A DNA stretch of 64,000 bases. Origin: an uncultured Candidatus Saccharibacteria bacterium (GTDB lineage: Bacteria; Patescibacteriota; Dojkabacteria; J137). The notes below the pieces were generated by a model. It had not been told where the DNA came from. It did no database searches and saw only the letters and a list, made by a program, of their open reading frames with translations. Location of the stretch: positions 6,937 to 70,936 of the forward strand of contig CAYPVU010000010.1 of the NCBI GenBank assembly GCA_964414295.1, in the 5' to 3' direction. Below, in pieces: positions 28,410-39,573 of the stretch. The first letter of the stretch is position 1, and the number at the start of each line of letters is the position of its first letter. The translations under genes and the position numbers were made by a program.

Positions 28410-28977
28410 ATGAATTTAAGTAATTCTTATAATCTTTATCCTTTTTCATCATTTGCTCTAAAGCATTTCTTACAATTTGAGCTTTATGCATTCTTTTTGT
28501 TGTTGATGACCAGTCTAAGTATCTATCTATTTCTGGAGAAATAATTAGAATGAACTTAGAATCTAATCTTTTTGCTGCTTCTTTTACAGACTCTTCGATT
28601 ATAGTTGTGATATTACCTTTGTGATACTTGTTGTGCATTAAGCTTTTTGATTTATTTCCATGCACAATAGGATTCACTTTATCGTTTGATTCTTCATTTT
28701 CTAATGCAATTACAAACTTTTTTTCATTAAAAGCTTTTGCAATTTCATATCCTACTTTACTATCAGACTTAGATACTTCAGCTATAACAATATCAGTATC
28801 TTTTAAAGATTTATCTGAATGAGAAAAAAGTTTTTCTGCATGTTCAACTGTTTTAGCATGATGTCCAGTAGTATCTACAACATTATGCCCTAATTTTTTA
28901 AGGTGGGAAACACCTTCCATAAACGCCTTCATGTCTTTTTCATCAAAGTTCAAAGGCAATGATATATATATTTTCAT
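28408..28977 (-). CDS. Nucleoside 2-deoxyribosyltransferase-like domain fused to a ribbon-helix-helix domain
   Basis: MKIYIS..DIVIAEVS...VGYEIAKA (NDT/Rcl-like); C-terminal KFILIISPEIDRYL....KAQIVRNALE (RHH pattern). Confidence 0.7.
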   Translation of the reverse strand: MKIYISLPLNFDEKDMKAFMEGVSHLKKLGHNVVDTTGHHAKTVEHAEKLFSHSDKSLKDTDIVIAEVSKSDSKVGYEIAKAFNEKKFVIALENEESNDKVNPIVHGNKSKSLMHNKYHKGNITTIIEESVKEAAKRLDSKFILIISPEIDRYLDWSSTTKRMHKAQIVRNALEQMMKKDKDYKNYLNS

Positions 28978-29126
28978 TCAATCTAACCTTAAAATTTATA
29001 TATAGGAATTATATCACGCGACTGTTACAATTGTAAACTTTTTCCTTATAAATAAACCCTCCTAGAGTTCTATTTAAATCATAAGTTTTCTGATATATTA
29101 TTATAGGTTTGTTCAATTTTCATTAA

Positions 29127-30350
29127 ATGTTTGGAAACAATAGAAATAAAAAAACAGTTAGTCGTAGCTCTAATTATCATCTGGCTGTAGATATTGGTAC
29201 TGAATTTGTTAAATCTGCAGTTTTTAAAGTAGAGGATGAAGAAGTTGTTATTTTAGGCTATAGTCGTATAAAGCAAAAAGAATCCTCAATGTATGCAGCT
29301 TTTATAATTAATCTACAGGCAGTAATAGAGGCCTGTGATAAAGGCATTGGTGAGGCTGTTGCGCAAGCAATGCAAAAAGAGGGAGAAGATTTTGTAATCC
29401 CTTCTGATGTAATTATAGGTATTGCAGGAGAATTGGTGCACGGAGTAACTATAATGGTAAATGTAGAAAGAGATAATCCTTCCTCCAAAATTACACAAAG
29501 AGAAGTTGATAAATTTGTAGAAAAAGTTAAAAAATACACTTTCTCCAGTACAGTTGAAGAAATTTCGAGAGAAATGGGACTTAAGGCAAGTCAGGTAATT
29601 GAGGTTAATACTGCAATAAACAGTGTCTACATAGATGGAATAAAAGTTTCTAATCCTTTAGGATACACAGGTAATGAACTTATATATAAGGTATTTTCTA
29701 CCTTTGCACCAAAAATTCATTTGGATTCAATTAATCAAGTAACAAATGCTTTAAATCTAAAGCTTAGTAAAATAGTTGTAGAGCCTTATGCGTTAGCAGT
29801 AGGGCTTCAAAATATGAGAGATCCAAATGCCAATGCAATTATTATTGATGTAGGTGGTGGAACAACCGATGTTGCTTTAGTAAGTAATGGAGATATTGTA
29901 GGTACAAAAATGTTTGCAATTGGAGGAAAAGTTTTTACTAAAAGAGTTCAAAGAGAGTTAGGGGTAAGTTACGAAGAAGCAGAAAAGATTAAAATTGATT
30001 ATTCAAATGGAGCTGTAGATAAAGATACGGATCAAAAGTTAACTAAGGCCTTTGAAATGGATATTTCTACTTGGTTAACAGGGGTAGAGATTGCACTGGA
30101 AGGTTTTCAGGATGTAGAAGAATTCCCTTCTCAGATATATATTTGTGGAGGAGGAGCCTTGCTGCCAGAGATTCAAGAAGGTTTATTAACATATCCATGG
30201 TTACAGACTTTGAATTTTAAAAAGTTCCCAAAGGTCAGCTTTATCTTTCCAAATGCATTAAATGGTGTTTTGGATAGAACAAAAAGCGCTACATTACCAA
30301 TGGATGTAACGCCTTTAGCATTAGCAAGAATGTATTTAGATAATTTGTAA
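29127..30350 (+). CDS. Second FtsA-like actin-fold ATPase
   Basis: AVDIGTEFVK, VVEPYALA, IIDVGGGTTDV, AEKIK, ICGGG; no C-terminal amphipathic tail. Confidence 0.85.
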   Translation: MFGNNRNKKTVSRSSNYHLAVDIGTEFVKSAVFKVEDEEVVILGYSRIKQKESSMYAAFIINLQAVIEACDKGIGEAVAQAMQKEGEDFVIPSDVIIGIAGELVHGVTIMVNVERDNPSSKITQREVDKFVEKVKKYTFSSTVEEISREMGLKASQVIEVNTAINSVYIDGIKVSNPLGYTGNELIYKVFSTFAPKIHLDSINQVTNALNLKLSKIVVEPYALAVGLQNMRDPNANAIIIDVGGGTTDVALVSNGDIVGTKMFAIGGKVFTKRVQRELGVSYEEAEKIKIDYSNGAVDKDTDQKLTKAFEMDISTWLTGVEIALEGFQDVEEFPSQIYICGGGALLPEIQEGLLTYPWLQTLNFKKFPKVSFIFPNALNGVLDRTKSATLPMDVTPLALARMYLDNL

Positions 30351-30366
30351 TTTTTATTTAGAAAAA

Positions 30367-32475
30367 GTGTCTATATCATCATCAGAAAAAATTTTTATAG
30401 ACCCAAGGGAAGAGATTACCTTTATAGTTGAGCGTTTATTAAAAGCCGAAAAAGATCGTATTATTTTGGTTGTCCCTCAGAATTCTTTGTTATTAAGTAG
30501 TTTAGTAAGTATAGATATTTTATTTAGAAAGTTAGTAAGAACTAAAAAGTTAGCAGTTATTGTTACTGAGGATGAATACGGTAAAGCTATTTCTTCTAAA
30601 GCTGGCTTTGTAGTTGTAGATAAGGTTAGTCAGATTACGAATGATCAATGGAACTTGGCAAATAATAAAAAGATGACTATTAAAGAGGTCCTTGATGAAA
30701 GAAAAGAAGCACTTTTAGCAAATATTAGTGGGGAGCATAAGTCAGTTGTAGACTTACCAGAACTCCCAGATGTAGAAGCAGAGGAGTTTGTGGTATCAGC
30801 AAATGAATTAAATGAGAGTGTAGAGGAGGATAATAAGACTTTTGAGGCAGTTCTTGAAGAACAAAATCTAGAAGATGGAGTGACTGAAGACATAATGGAA
30901 GATGAATATATTGAAGAACCTATTGTAGAAGAAAAAAGCATTGAAGAAAAAGAATTGGAATCATCTTTAAAGAAATATGCCAAACCTAGAAGAGAAGCTA
31001 AAGAAATTGATTTAGATGGTATAAAGCTTATCTCTGGAGGTGATGTAAAGTCTTTCATTGATTCTTTAGATAGTGTTAAAATGGCAAGTAATAATTCATT
31101 TACTCAAATGTCAGACGAAAAAAGCTTTGAACGAAAAATTAAAAAGGTTGGTTCATCTTCTTTTACAGGAAAAGATTTTACTAAACAAATAACTGAAAAA
31201 GGCGGAATTGGAGCTTTCTTTTCCAAATTCAGTCTAAAAAGAAGAAATCCTGATTTTAGAGACGAAAATGACTTCGTAAAAAAAAAGAATAGAAAAAGAA
31301 TTCTTTTAATTACATTTCTTATATTTCTATCGCTATTTGCAGGTAGCGGGTATATACTTGCATTCCAAGTATCTTCTGTAGATATTAATTTAAAATTAAG
31401 AGCACAGGATGTAAGTACTTCAGCTACTATACTAGTTAGTACAAAGGTAACAGAAATGAGCTTGGAATCTCCAATTACTATTCCTGCTAAAGAGTATTCA
31501 ATCTTACCAGAGAATTTAAGTATTTCTAAAACAGGTACCGCTGATGGAAGTGCTAAAAGAGGTGTTAAGTCTAAAGGTGTTGTTACTATTTATAACTTAC
31601 AAACCGAAAGTGTAGACTTGCCTGCAGGAGCCAAATTTAAAAATCTAACTAATAATTTAACTTATTTATTAGTTTCTGCTGTTACATTAGAGCCTGCTAC
31701 AGTAGCTGCAAATATTAAGACCCCAAGTTCTAAAGATAGTATTGCATTAGAAGCAGAAGCATTTGGTCCTCAATACAATATTGAAGTAGATGAAAAAACA
31801 AGATTTAGTATTGAAAACTACAGCACAGAAGAAGAGGTAAGTGCTACAGCATTTCAATCATTTACAGGGGGAACAGAAGAATCATTTACATCTGTTTCTC
31901 AAGAGAATTACGACAAGTTAAAAGATACTATAGTACCTGATTTAAAAAAGCAGGGGTTAGAAAGATTAAAAAGCTTAACAGAAAATGGTTACCAATTAAT
32001 TGAAGGTACAGTTGTTTACGATGAATCTAAGCAGCCAGAAGCTTTCCCTAAAGTTGGAGAAGAGGCTAAAGATAAAACATTTAATTTAACAGTACAAATA
32101 GGAATTAAAGGATTTGCAGTTAGGACTCAGGATTTAATAGAGGCTGTAAGTACAGTACTTAAAAATAATACCCAAAATAATGGTTCTGGAGATTTACAAA
32201 TAGATGATATTGCTGATCCGCAAATTGATAAAGTAGAAAAAAATGGAGATGATTATGTTTTAACAGTTTCTTCTAAAGGATCAGTTAAAACCCAAATAAC
32301 ACAAGAGCAGATGAAAAAAGATATTGCAGGTTTATCTATAAAGCAGGCCGAGGATTATTTTAGACTAATTGATTATATTGAAAGCTATAACTTAAGCTTT
32401 AATCCTGGTATTGTTCCAGAAGGTCTGCAGAGAGTGCCTTCGGATACTGCAAGAATTAACATTAGGACAAGATAA
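30367..32475 (+). CDS. Large bitopic membrane protein (cytoplasmic N-domain, acidic linker, TM, baseplate-J-like extracellular region)
   Basis: Single TM near aa 313-335; G.VTIYN..V.LPAG..F, AEAFGPQYNI, FTGG motifs. Confidence 0.6.
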   Translation: MSISSSEKIFIDPREEITFIVERLLKAEKDRIILVVPQNSLLLSSLVSIDILFRKLVRTKKLAVIVTEDEYGKAISSKAGFVVVDKVSQITNDQWNLANNKKMTIKEVLDERKEALLANISGEHKSVVDLPELPDVEAEEFVVSANELNESVEEDNKTFEAVLEEQNLEDGVTEDIMEDEYIEEPIVEEKSIEEKELESSLKKYAKPRREAKEIDLDGIKLISGGDVKSFIDSLDSVKMASNNSFTQMSDEKSFERKIKKVGSSSFTGKDFTKQITEKGGIGAFFSKFSLKRRNPDFRDENDFVKKKNRKRILLITFLIFLSLFAGSGYILAFQVSSVDINLKLRAQDVSTSATILVSTKVTEMSLESPITIPAKEYSILPENLSISKTGTADGSAKRGVKSKGVVTIYNLQTESVDLPAGAKFKNLTNNLTYLLVSAVTLEPATVAANIKTPSSKDSIALEAEAFGPQYNIEVDEKTRFSIENYSTEEEVSATAFQSFTGGTEESFTSVSQENYDKLKDTIVPDLKKQGLERLKSLTENGYQLIEGTVVYDESKQPEAFPKVGEEAKDKTFNLTVQIGIKGFAVRTQDLIEAVSTVLKNNTQNNGSGDLQIDDIADPQIDKVEKNGDDYVLTVSSKGSVKTQITQEQMKKDIAGLSIKQAEDYFRLIDYIESYNLSFNPGIVPEGLQRVPSDTARINIRTR

Positions 32476-32508
32476 GCAGATAGGTTAAGCCTTTTGACCT
32501 TTCCCCCG

Positions 32509-32561
32509 TTGACAGTCAGAATAAATTTGATATTATTATTAGGTACTGGCACTAGGTGCCA
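32509..32561 (+). promoter_or_regulatory. groES promoter with CIRCE-like inverted repeat
   Basis: TTGACA (32509), TG-A-TATTAT (32528-32536), then TGGCAC-TAG-GTGCCA (32547-32561). Confidence 0.55.
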
Positions 32562-32591
32562 AACTTAAAATTAATTTATTATCTTTTACTT

Positions 32592-32897
32592 ATGTCTAAG
32601 ATTAATGTAAAGCCAATAGGCGAGTATATCTTAGTAGAGCCTCAAGAAGAGGAAGAAAAGACAGCTTCCGGTTTATTAATTCAATCATCTTCAAAAGGAG
32701 AAAGACCTCAAAGAGGTAAAATTGCTGCTTTAGGTACAGGTAAAAGAGACGAGAGCGGTAAACTTATTGAATTCAGTGTAGAAGTAGGACAAGACGTCTT
32801 ATTTAAAAAATATGCTCCTGAAGATATTGAAATAGAAGGAAAATCCTATCTATTAATGAAAGAATCCGATATTTTAGCAGTATTAATTAATCAATAA
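32592..32897 (+). CDS. groES: Co-chaperonin GroES
   Basis: VKPIGEYILVE, EKTASGLLI, YLLMKESDILAV; ATG at 32592. Confidence 0.97.
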   Translation: MSKINVKPIGEYILVEPQEEEEKTASGLLIQSSSKGERPQRGKIAALGTGKRDESGKLIEFSVEVGQDVLFKKYAPEDIEIEGKSYLLMKESDILAVLINQ

Positions 32898-32909
32898 TTT
32901 TTAAATTAA

Positions 32910-34538
<1,629 letters not shown>

Positions 34539-34550
34539 TAAAGCGATTCT

Positions 34551-34576
34551 AAGCCCGCCTTCGGCGGGCTTTTTTT
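34551..34576 (+). terminator. Rho-independent terminator
   Basis: AAGCCCGCC-TTC-GGCGGGCTT plus T-tract. Confidence 0.9.
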
Positions 34577-34637
34577 ATCCCTCTTAATTTAAAAAGCTTA
34601 ATCAGCTATACTATAAAAAGTATCTAATAAAATAATT

Positions 34638-34964
34638 ATGGGTAATTTATTGTTTGTCTTTTACTGGTGGTATTTTGTACTAGTTAAAGATTTTTGGCAA
34701 AACTATGTAATAGGAAGATTAGTTTATAATCTTAATCTTACAAATACTTTGCCTATGGCTAAGCATATAACTGATCCTTTGTTTCAAGATGATTCAGGAT
34801 TAGGAAAGTCCTTTAGCTTTGTAATAAGATTCATTTGGATAGGCATAGGCTCTTTTATGAGTGTAATTGTTACAATCCCATTTTTATTATTTGGATTATT
34901 TTTATTAATAGTTCCTTTTTTACCAATAATTCAATTTATTAGGTATATTTCGTTTTTAGTATGA
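34638..34964 (+). CDS. Small hydrophobic membrane protein coupled to the Clp-like ATPase
   Basis: Aromatic-rich, PLFQD motif, long C-terminal hydrophobic stretch; ATGA overlap with next gene. Confidence 0.7.
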   Translation: MGNLLFVFYWWYFVLVKDFWQNYVIGRLVYNLNLTNTLPMAKHITDPLFQDDSGLGKSFSFVIRFIWIGIGSFMSVIVTIPFLLFGLFLLIVPFLPIIQFIRYISFLV

Positions 34965-37540
34965 ATGGAAAAGTCATATTAGCTAAATATAAAAGTGCAC
35001 AGATTACAGTTGATTTTTCTTCACTATCTTTCTTTAAAGGTGATAAATTCTCAATTTATAAACTAGAATTAAATGCTGCTAAATTACTGAATATATTTAC
35101 AGCAATAATTGTATTCGTGCCGTTATTAATACTTATTATGAATGCTGAGTTTTCTATCGGCTCACTTATTAATCCTTCAAACTTATTAGAATATATTCCT
35201 TATTTAGGCATTTACACATTTATATTTGCTAGATTTTTAGGAAGAGATAGAGATAAGTTTGATCATATAATTAAAAATTATAATTTGTTAAAAGTAAGTA
35301 AGGAATTAGAACAAGGTAAATCACTTTCGATAGAAATTACTGAATACATGGATTTCGAAACTCTTTGTTTATTGGATTCTGTACTGGAGGATAAAGATCA
35401 TCCGTTTATTGTAAACATTTGCAGGTTGCTAATAAAGAATAAAGAAATAGAGTACTTTTTAACTAATCGTATAGGCGTAAATTCAGACAGATTTATAGAG
35501 TTATTAAGTAAGAATGCTAATAATCCAAACTTTACATTAAGTAATTCTTATAGAACTTTCTTTTTATATTTGTTTGATGAAGCAATAAAACTGGAATCAA
35601 ACAGAATAAATAAATATGTTCTATTTTTTGTATTAAATAAATACTTTCTAAGAAGTCTTTACTTTGAATTAGGAGTAGGGGAGCTTGAACTAGAAGGCTT
35701 AAGAGTATGGTTTAAAAACGAAACGAAACAAAAGGAATATTATATTAAATGGGAAAAACTTTCAAAATTAAAACCTAAGGGTGATGTAAATAGAGCCTAT
35801 ACATCTAGGGTTACCCCTGTATTAGATGAATATGCTGAAGATTTTACTAAGCAGGCTGCTTTGGGTTTTTTTATGCTATCTGTTGGTAAAGATCAAGAAA
35901 TGAATAAGGTTGTTGAAATTATGGAAAGAGGTAAATCAACTCCATGTTTAATTTTAGGGGAACCTGGTGTGGGTAAAACAAGATTTATAAGACATTTAGC
36001 AACAAGAATGGTGGTTGAGGATGTTCCATCGAGACTATACGATCATAGACTATTAATTGTGGATTTAAATAAGATTTTAACTCAAGTAGGAACAGTAGAT
36101 ATCTTTAAGCAGACTTTGCAAAGAATGTTCGAAGAAGTCCGTTACTCAGGAAATGTAGTTTTGGTTTTAGAAGAATTCAGTCAAATCCTAAATATTAGAG
36201 AAGAAGCAAAACTGGAAGTTGTTAACTTAATTGTAAATGCAGTAGACAGTTTAAATTTAAGAATAATTGCTACTTCTAATAATGCCAGTTATTCTAAATT
36301 TATTAAGCCTCTTAAAAATCTTGCTGCATTATTTGAAGTAGTTAATTTAAAAGAGCCTTCTTCTAATGTTGCATTACAGATTTTAATTGATGAAGTCCCG
36401 AGGGTAGAAAAAAAATATAAGGTTAGTGTAAGAGTTAATGCTTTAAAAAGAATTGTAGAGTTTGCACCAAAGTTTGACCAAGACAGAGTAATGCCAGATA
36501 AAGGCATTGATTTGCTGGAAGAAGCTTGTTTAGCAGCAAAAAATAGAGGATTATCTTTTTTAGATGTATCTACAGTTGATGAAGTCCTATCAGAAAAAGT
36601 AGGGGTAAAAGTAGGTAATTTATCGGAGGCAGAAAGTCAAACTTTAATGTCTTTGGCTACTAAAATGCACGAAAGAGTAATCGGTCAAGATGAAGCTATT
36701 ACAGCCATAACTTCTGCAATAAAAAGATCAAGATCCGGTTTATCTGTAAGCAAAAGACCTATTGCATCCTTTCTTTTTTATGGACCTACTGGAGTGGGTA
36801 AAACAGAGGTGGCAAGAACTTTGGCAGATGTATATTACGGAAGTGAAAATCTTTTAATTAGACTTGATATGTCTGAATACCAAGAAGATCAGAATTTAAA
36901 CAGAATAATTGGATATACAGACGAGAAAGGTAACTTTATTGGTGGACATTTAACTGAATCTGTTAGGTCAAGACCATTCTCGCTTGTATTACTTGATGAG
37001 ATTGAAAAAGCTAATAAAAAAGTATTAGATTTATTCTTACAAGTTCTTGATGAAGGTACACTCACAGACGGTTTAGGCAGAAAGGTAGATTTTACAAATA
37101 CTGTAATTATTATGACATCTAATGTTGGTTCGGACTTAATTGCTAAAGAAATAGTTGAGGGTAAAAAGTACCATGACGTAGAAAAAGATGTTTCTCAAAA
37201 GTTAAGGGAGTATTACAGAATTGAATTTTTAAATAGATTTGATAAATTAATAATGTTTAGACCGCTAAATAGGATTGAAATTGAGCAAATAGTACTTTTA
37301 ATGTTAAAAAAAATAAATGATAATTTAATGCAGAAGGGTATAAGTTTTAGTTGGAACGAAAATACATTGATTGAATTGGCCAATATGGGTTATAGTCAGA
37401 TGTTCGGTGCCAGAGAGTTAAAAAGAGTAGTTCAAGAGAATATTGAGGATAAATTGGCGGATTTAATTATTCAAGGTAAGTTAAGAAGCGGTACAGAAGC
37501 AGTTTTTAATGGATTAACTGTTCAACAAGTGGTAAATTAG
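34961..37540 (+). CDS. Membrane-anchored ClpA/ClpB-family double AAA+ ATPase
   Basis: Two N-terminal TMs; GEPGVGKT, MPDKGIDLLEEA, VIGQDEA, GPTGVGKTE, RLDMSEY, LLDEIEKA, EFLNRFD, GARELKR. Confidence 0.9.
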   Translation: MNGKVILAKYKSAQITVDFSSLSFFKGDKFSIYKLELNAAKLLNIFTAIIVFVPLLILIMNAEFSIGSLINPSNLLEYIPYLGIYTFIFARFLGRDRDKFDHIIKNYNLLKVSKELEQGKSLSIEITEYMDFETLCLLDSVLEDKDHPFIVNICRLLIKNKEIEYFLTNRIGVNSDRFIELLSKNANNPNFTLSNSYRTFFLYLFDEAIKLESNRINKYVLFFVLNKYFLRSLYFELGVGELELEGLRVWFKNETKQKEYYIKWEKLSKLKPKGDVNRAYTSRVTPVLDEYAEDFTKQAALGFFMLSVGKDQEMNKVVEIMERGKSTPCLILGEPGVGKTRFIRHLATRMVVEDVPSRLYDHRLLIVDLNKILTQVGTVDIFKQTLQRMFEEVRYSGNVVLVLEEFSQILNIREEAKLEVVNLIVNAVDSLNLRIIATSNNASYSKFIKPLKNLAALFEVVNLKEPSSNVALQILIDEVPRVEKKYKVSVRVNALKRIVEFAPKFDQDRVMPDKGIDLLEEACLAAKNRGLSFLDVSTVDEVLSEKVGVKVGNLSEAESQTLMSLATKMHERVIGQDEAITAITSAIKRSRSGLSVSKRPIASFLFYGPTGVGKTEVARTLADVYYGSENLLIRLDMSEYQEDQNLNRIIGYTDEKGNFIGGHLTESVRSRPFSLVLLDEIEKANKKVLDLFLQVLDEGTLTDGLGRKVDFTNTVIIMTSNVGSDLIAKEIVEGKKYHDVEKDVSQKLREYYRIEFLNRFDKLIMFRPLNRIEIEQIVLLMLKKINDNLMQKGISFSWNENTLIELANMGYSQMFGARELKRVVQENIEDKLADLIIQGKLRSGTEAVFNGLTVQQVVN

Positions 37541-37559
37541 TTTAAGTAATCAAATTTAT

Positions 37560-37943
37560 ATGAATAAAAAAAGAGCTTTAGTTTTAACTATTGTTGCATT
37601 ACAAAGTCTTTTTATTACTATGCCCTTATTGGCTCAGGGACTTACTAATGTAAATCAGAACTTTCAAATTCCTAACCCTACCAGATACGGAGACCTTGAA
37701 GATATTATAAATGCAGCTACTTCTTTAATTCGACCTGTATTTATAATAACTTTTGCTGCCATGGTTTTATATGGAGGATGGGTTAGATTAACATCTCAAG
37801 GTAATCCAGATAAAATTAAATCCAGCTCTCAAATTATAGTTGCTGCAATTGTTGGATTTGCAATCGCTGTATTTGCTCCTACAATAGTAGACTTTGCTGG
37901 TAGATTATTAGGGGTAAGCGGAGGTTTAATTGGCGAACGATAA
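37560..37943 (+). CDS. TrbC/VirB2-like pilin 1
   Basis: Signal peptide, two TMs flanking TSQGNPDKIKSSSQIIVAAIVG. Confidence 0.8.
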   Translation: MNKKRALVLTIVALQSLFITMPLLAQGLTNVNQNFQIPNPTRYGDLEDIINAATSLIRPVFIITFAAMVLYGGWVRLTSQGNPDKIKSSSQIIVAAIVGFAIAVFAPTIVDFAGRLLGVSGGLIGER

Positions 37944-37944
37944 T

Positions 37945-38547
37945 ATGAAGAAAGCTTTATTACTAACAATCATTTCTTTTTTAACAATAGGGATTGTTGT
38001 TAATGCACAGACGGGGAGTGGTCAATGCGATGCTCCTTATTATATTCCTTCTGCTTGTCCAGCTCCATATAGGCCGGGAATAAGCGGGGGTTATACTGCA
38101 GACTTAAATTGTCAATTAGAAAAATTTACAGATCCTCAAAGTAACTGTTGTCCAAATAAATGTGTAACTGCAGATGGTTCATCAAATGCTGGAGCGCAAA
38201 ATCCAGACTTATTTTGGGATATAGATGTTTTTGGTACCGTTATGAGAATTAATCCTGACAATACACCTGTTCTTATTAATATACTATTTACCACGGTTTT
38301 AGGCTTAGTATCTTTATATGCTATTGTTAGGGGGATCTATGTTACTGGTGTAAAAAGAACAATGGCTACTACTCCTGACGAAATTGCAGAAATAAATAAA
38401 GAACTTACAAACCTTATTATAGGTGCAGCTCTTTGTTGGGGGTTCATAATCTTAATACAAGTGGTTGCAAACTTCTTAGGTGTTGGTTCTTTAAGCAGTT
38501 TAGATTTTAGTAGCGGAGATTCCGGTACTGTTATTATTGTAAATTAA
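37945..38547 (+). CDS. TrbC/VirB2-like pilin 2 with Cys-rich N-domain
   Basis: Signal peptide MKKALLL..VNA, six Cys, two TMs flanking ATTPDEIAEINKELTNLIIG. Confidence 0.7.
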   Translation: MKKALLLTIISFLTIGIVVNAQTGSGQCDAPYYIPSACPAPYRPGISGGYTADLNCQLEKFTDPQSNCCPNKCVTADGSSNAGAQNPDLFWDIDVFGTVMRINPDNTPVLINILFTTVLGLVSLYAIVRGIYVTGVKRTMATTPDEIAEINKELTNLIIGAALCWGFIILIQVVANFLGVGSLSSLDFSSGDSGTVIIVN

Positions 38548-39113
38548 TGAAAAAATTTATTATTGTATCTTTATTAATTTTGTTTCTTTCTCCAATTACA
38601 ATCTTTGCTCAAGATAGGTCAGGAGGGAGTGCAAATTCAACTACCTCTACACAAGATATTGATGATGAAATTGGGTTAAGAGAAATTAGAATTCCTATTT
38701 TTAGTAGTTTTATAGATTTTGATACTGAGAATGCAAGTATTTTTAGTTGGATATCGTTTATCGGATCTTTAGCTACAATTGGCTTAGTAGTTTTTTGGAT
38801 ATTTTTATTAGTTAAAGCAGGTGTAAAGGGAATGCAAAGCCAAGGAAATGCTGAGAACTTAACTGGGGCATTTAAGCAGGTGCAATCCGTATTGATTGGG
38901 GCCGCTGTAACGCTTTTCTTTCCATTTGTTTTGAGTTTAATAGGACTCTTTTTTGGTATAGGTACTATTTTTAGCTGGCCAAAGATGTTTCAATTATGCG
39001 ATAAGTCATCAAATCCAAATGGATTTGACTTTTATTTTCAATATTTAATCAGTATTGGATCAGAAGGCGATGAAGCTGCCGCTGAAAGCGCTTGTAATCC
39101 ACTAGGAACATAA
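38547..39113 (+). CDS. TrbC/VirB2-like pilin 3
   Basis: Signal peptide, two TMs flanking QSQGNAENLTGAFKQVQSVLIG, C-terminal Cys pair. Confidence 0.75.
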   Translation: MKKFIIVSLLILFLSPITIFAQDRSGGSANSTTSTQDIDDEIGLREIRIPIFSSFIDFDTENASIFSWISFIGSLATIGLVVFWIFLLVKAGVKGMQSQGNAENLTGAFKQVQSVLIGAAVTLFFPFVLSLIGLFFGIGTIFSWPKMFQLCDKSSNPNGFDFYFQYLISIGSEGDEAAAESACNPLGT

Positions 39114-39116
39114 TTT

Positions 39117-39551
39117 ATGAGAAAAATTATATTAATCATTTTTATTTCTTTACTAAGTTTAATTCCGGTGAGTATTAAAGCTCAATCTGCATCTGAATTC
39201 CTTCCTTGTAATCAGTACGATCCAAGTGTATTTGATGCTTGCGGTACAAATGTAAATGATCAAGTAACTAATTTAATAAAGGTTGCAATTTCTGCGGTTT
39301 TTGCTTTAATAGTATTGTACGGTATTTTCTTGATAATTAAAGCAGCACTTACTATAATAAGAAGCAATGGAGACCCAGGACAGGTGCAAAGTGGAGCAGA
39401 TATTTTAAGAGGTGTATACATTGGTATTGGAATTATTTTTGTAGGTTTGATAGGATTAATAATCGTTATTGCATTTTTTGGTGCAGAGGGTATTTTGAGT
39501 ACTAATGTTAATACACCAGGAAATACAGTAATACCATTAATTACAAATTAA
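39117..39551 (+). CDS. TrbC/VirB2-like pilin 4
   Basis: Signal peptide, Cys pair, two TMs flanking RSNGDPGQVQSGADILRGVYIG. Confidence 0.78.
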   Translation: MRKIILIIFISLLSLIPVSIKAQSASEFLPCNQYDPSVFDACGTNVNDQVTNLIKVAISAVFALIVLYGIFLIIKAALTIIRSNGDPGQVQSGADILRGVYIGIGIIFVGLIGLIIVIAFFGAEGILSTNVNTPGNTVIPLITN

Positions 39552-39573
39552 TTTAATTTATTAAATAAATCTT

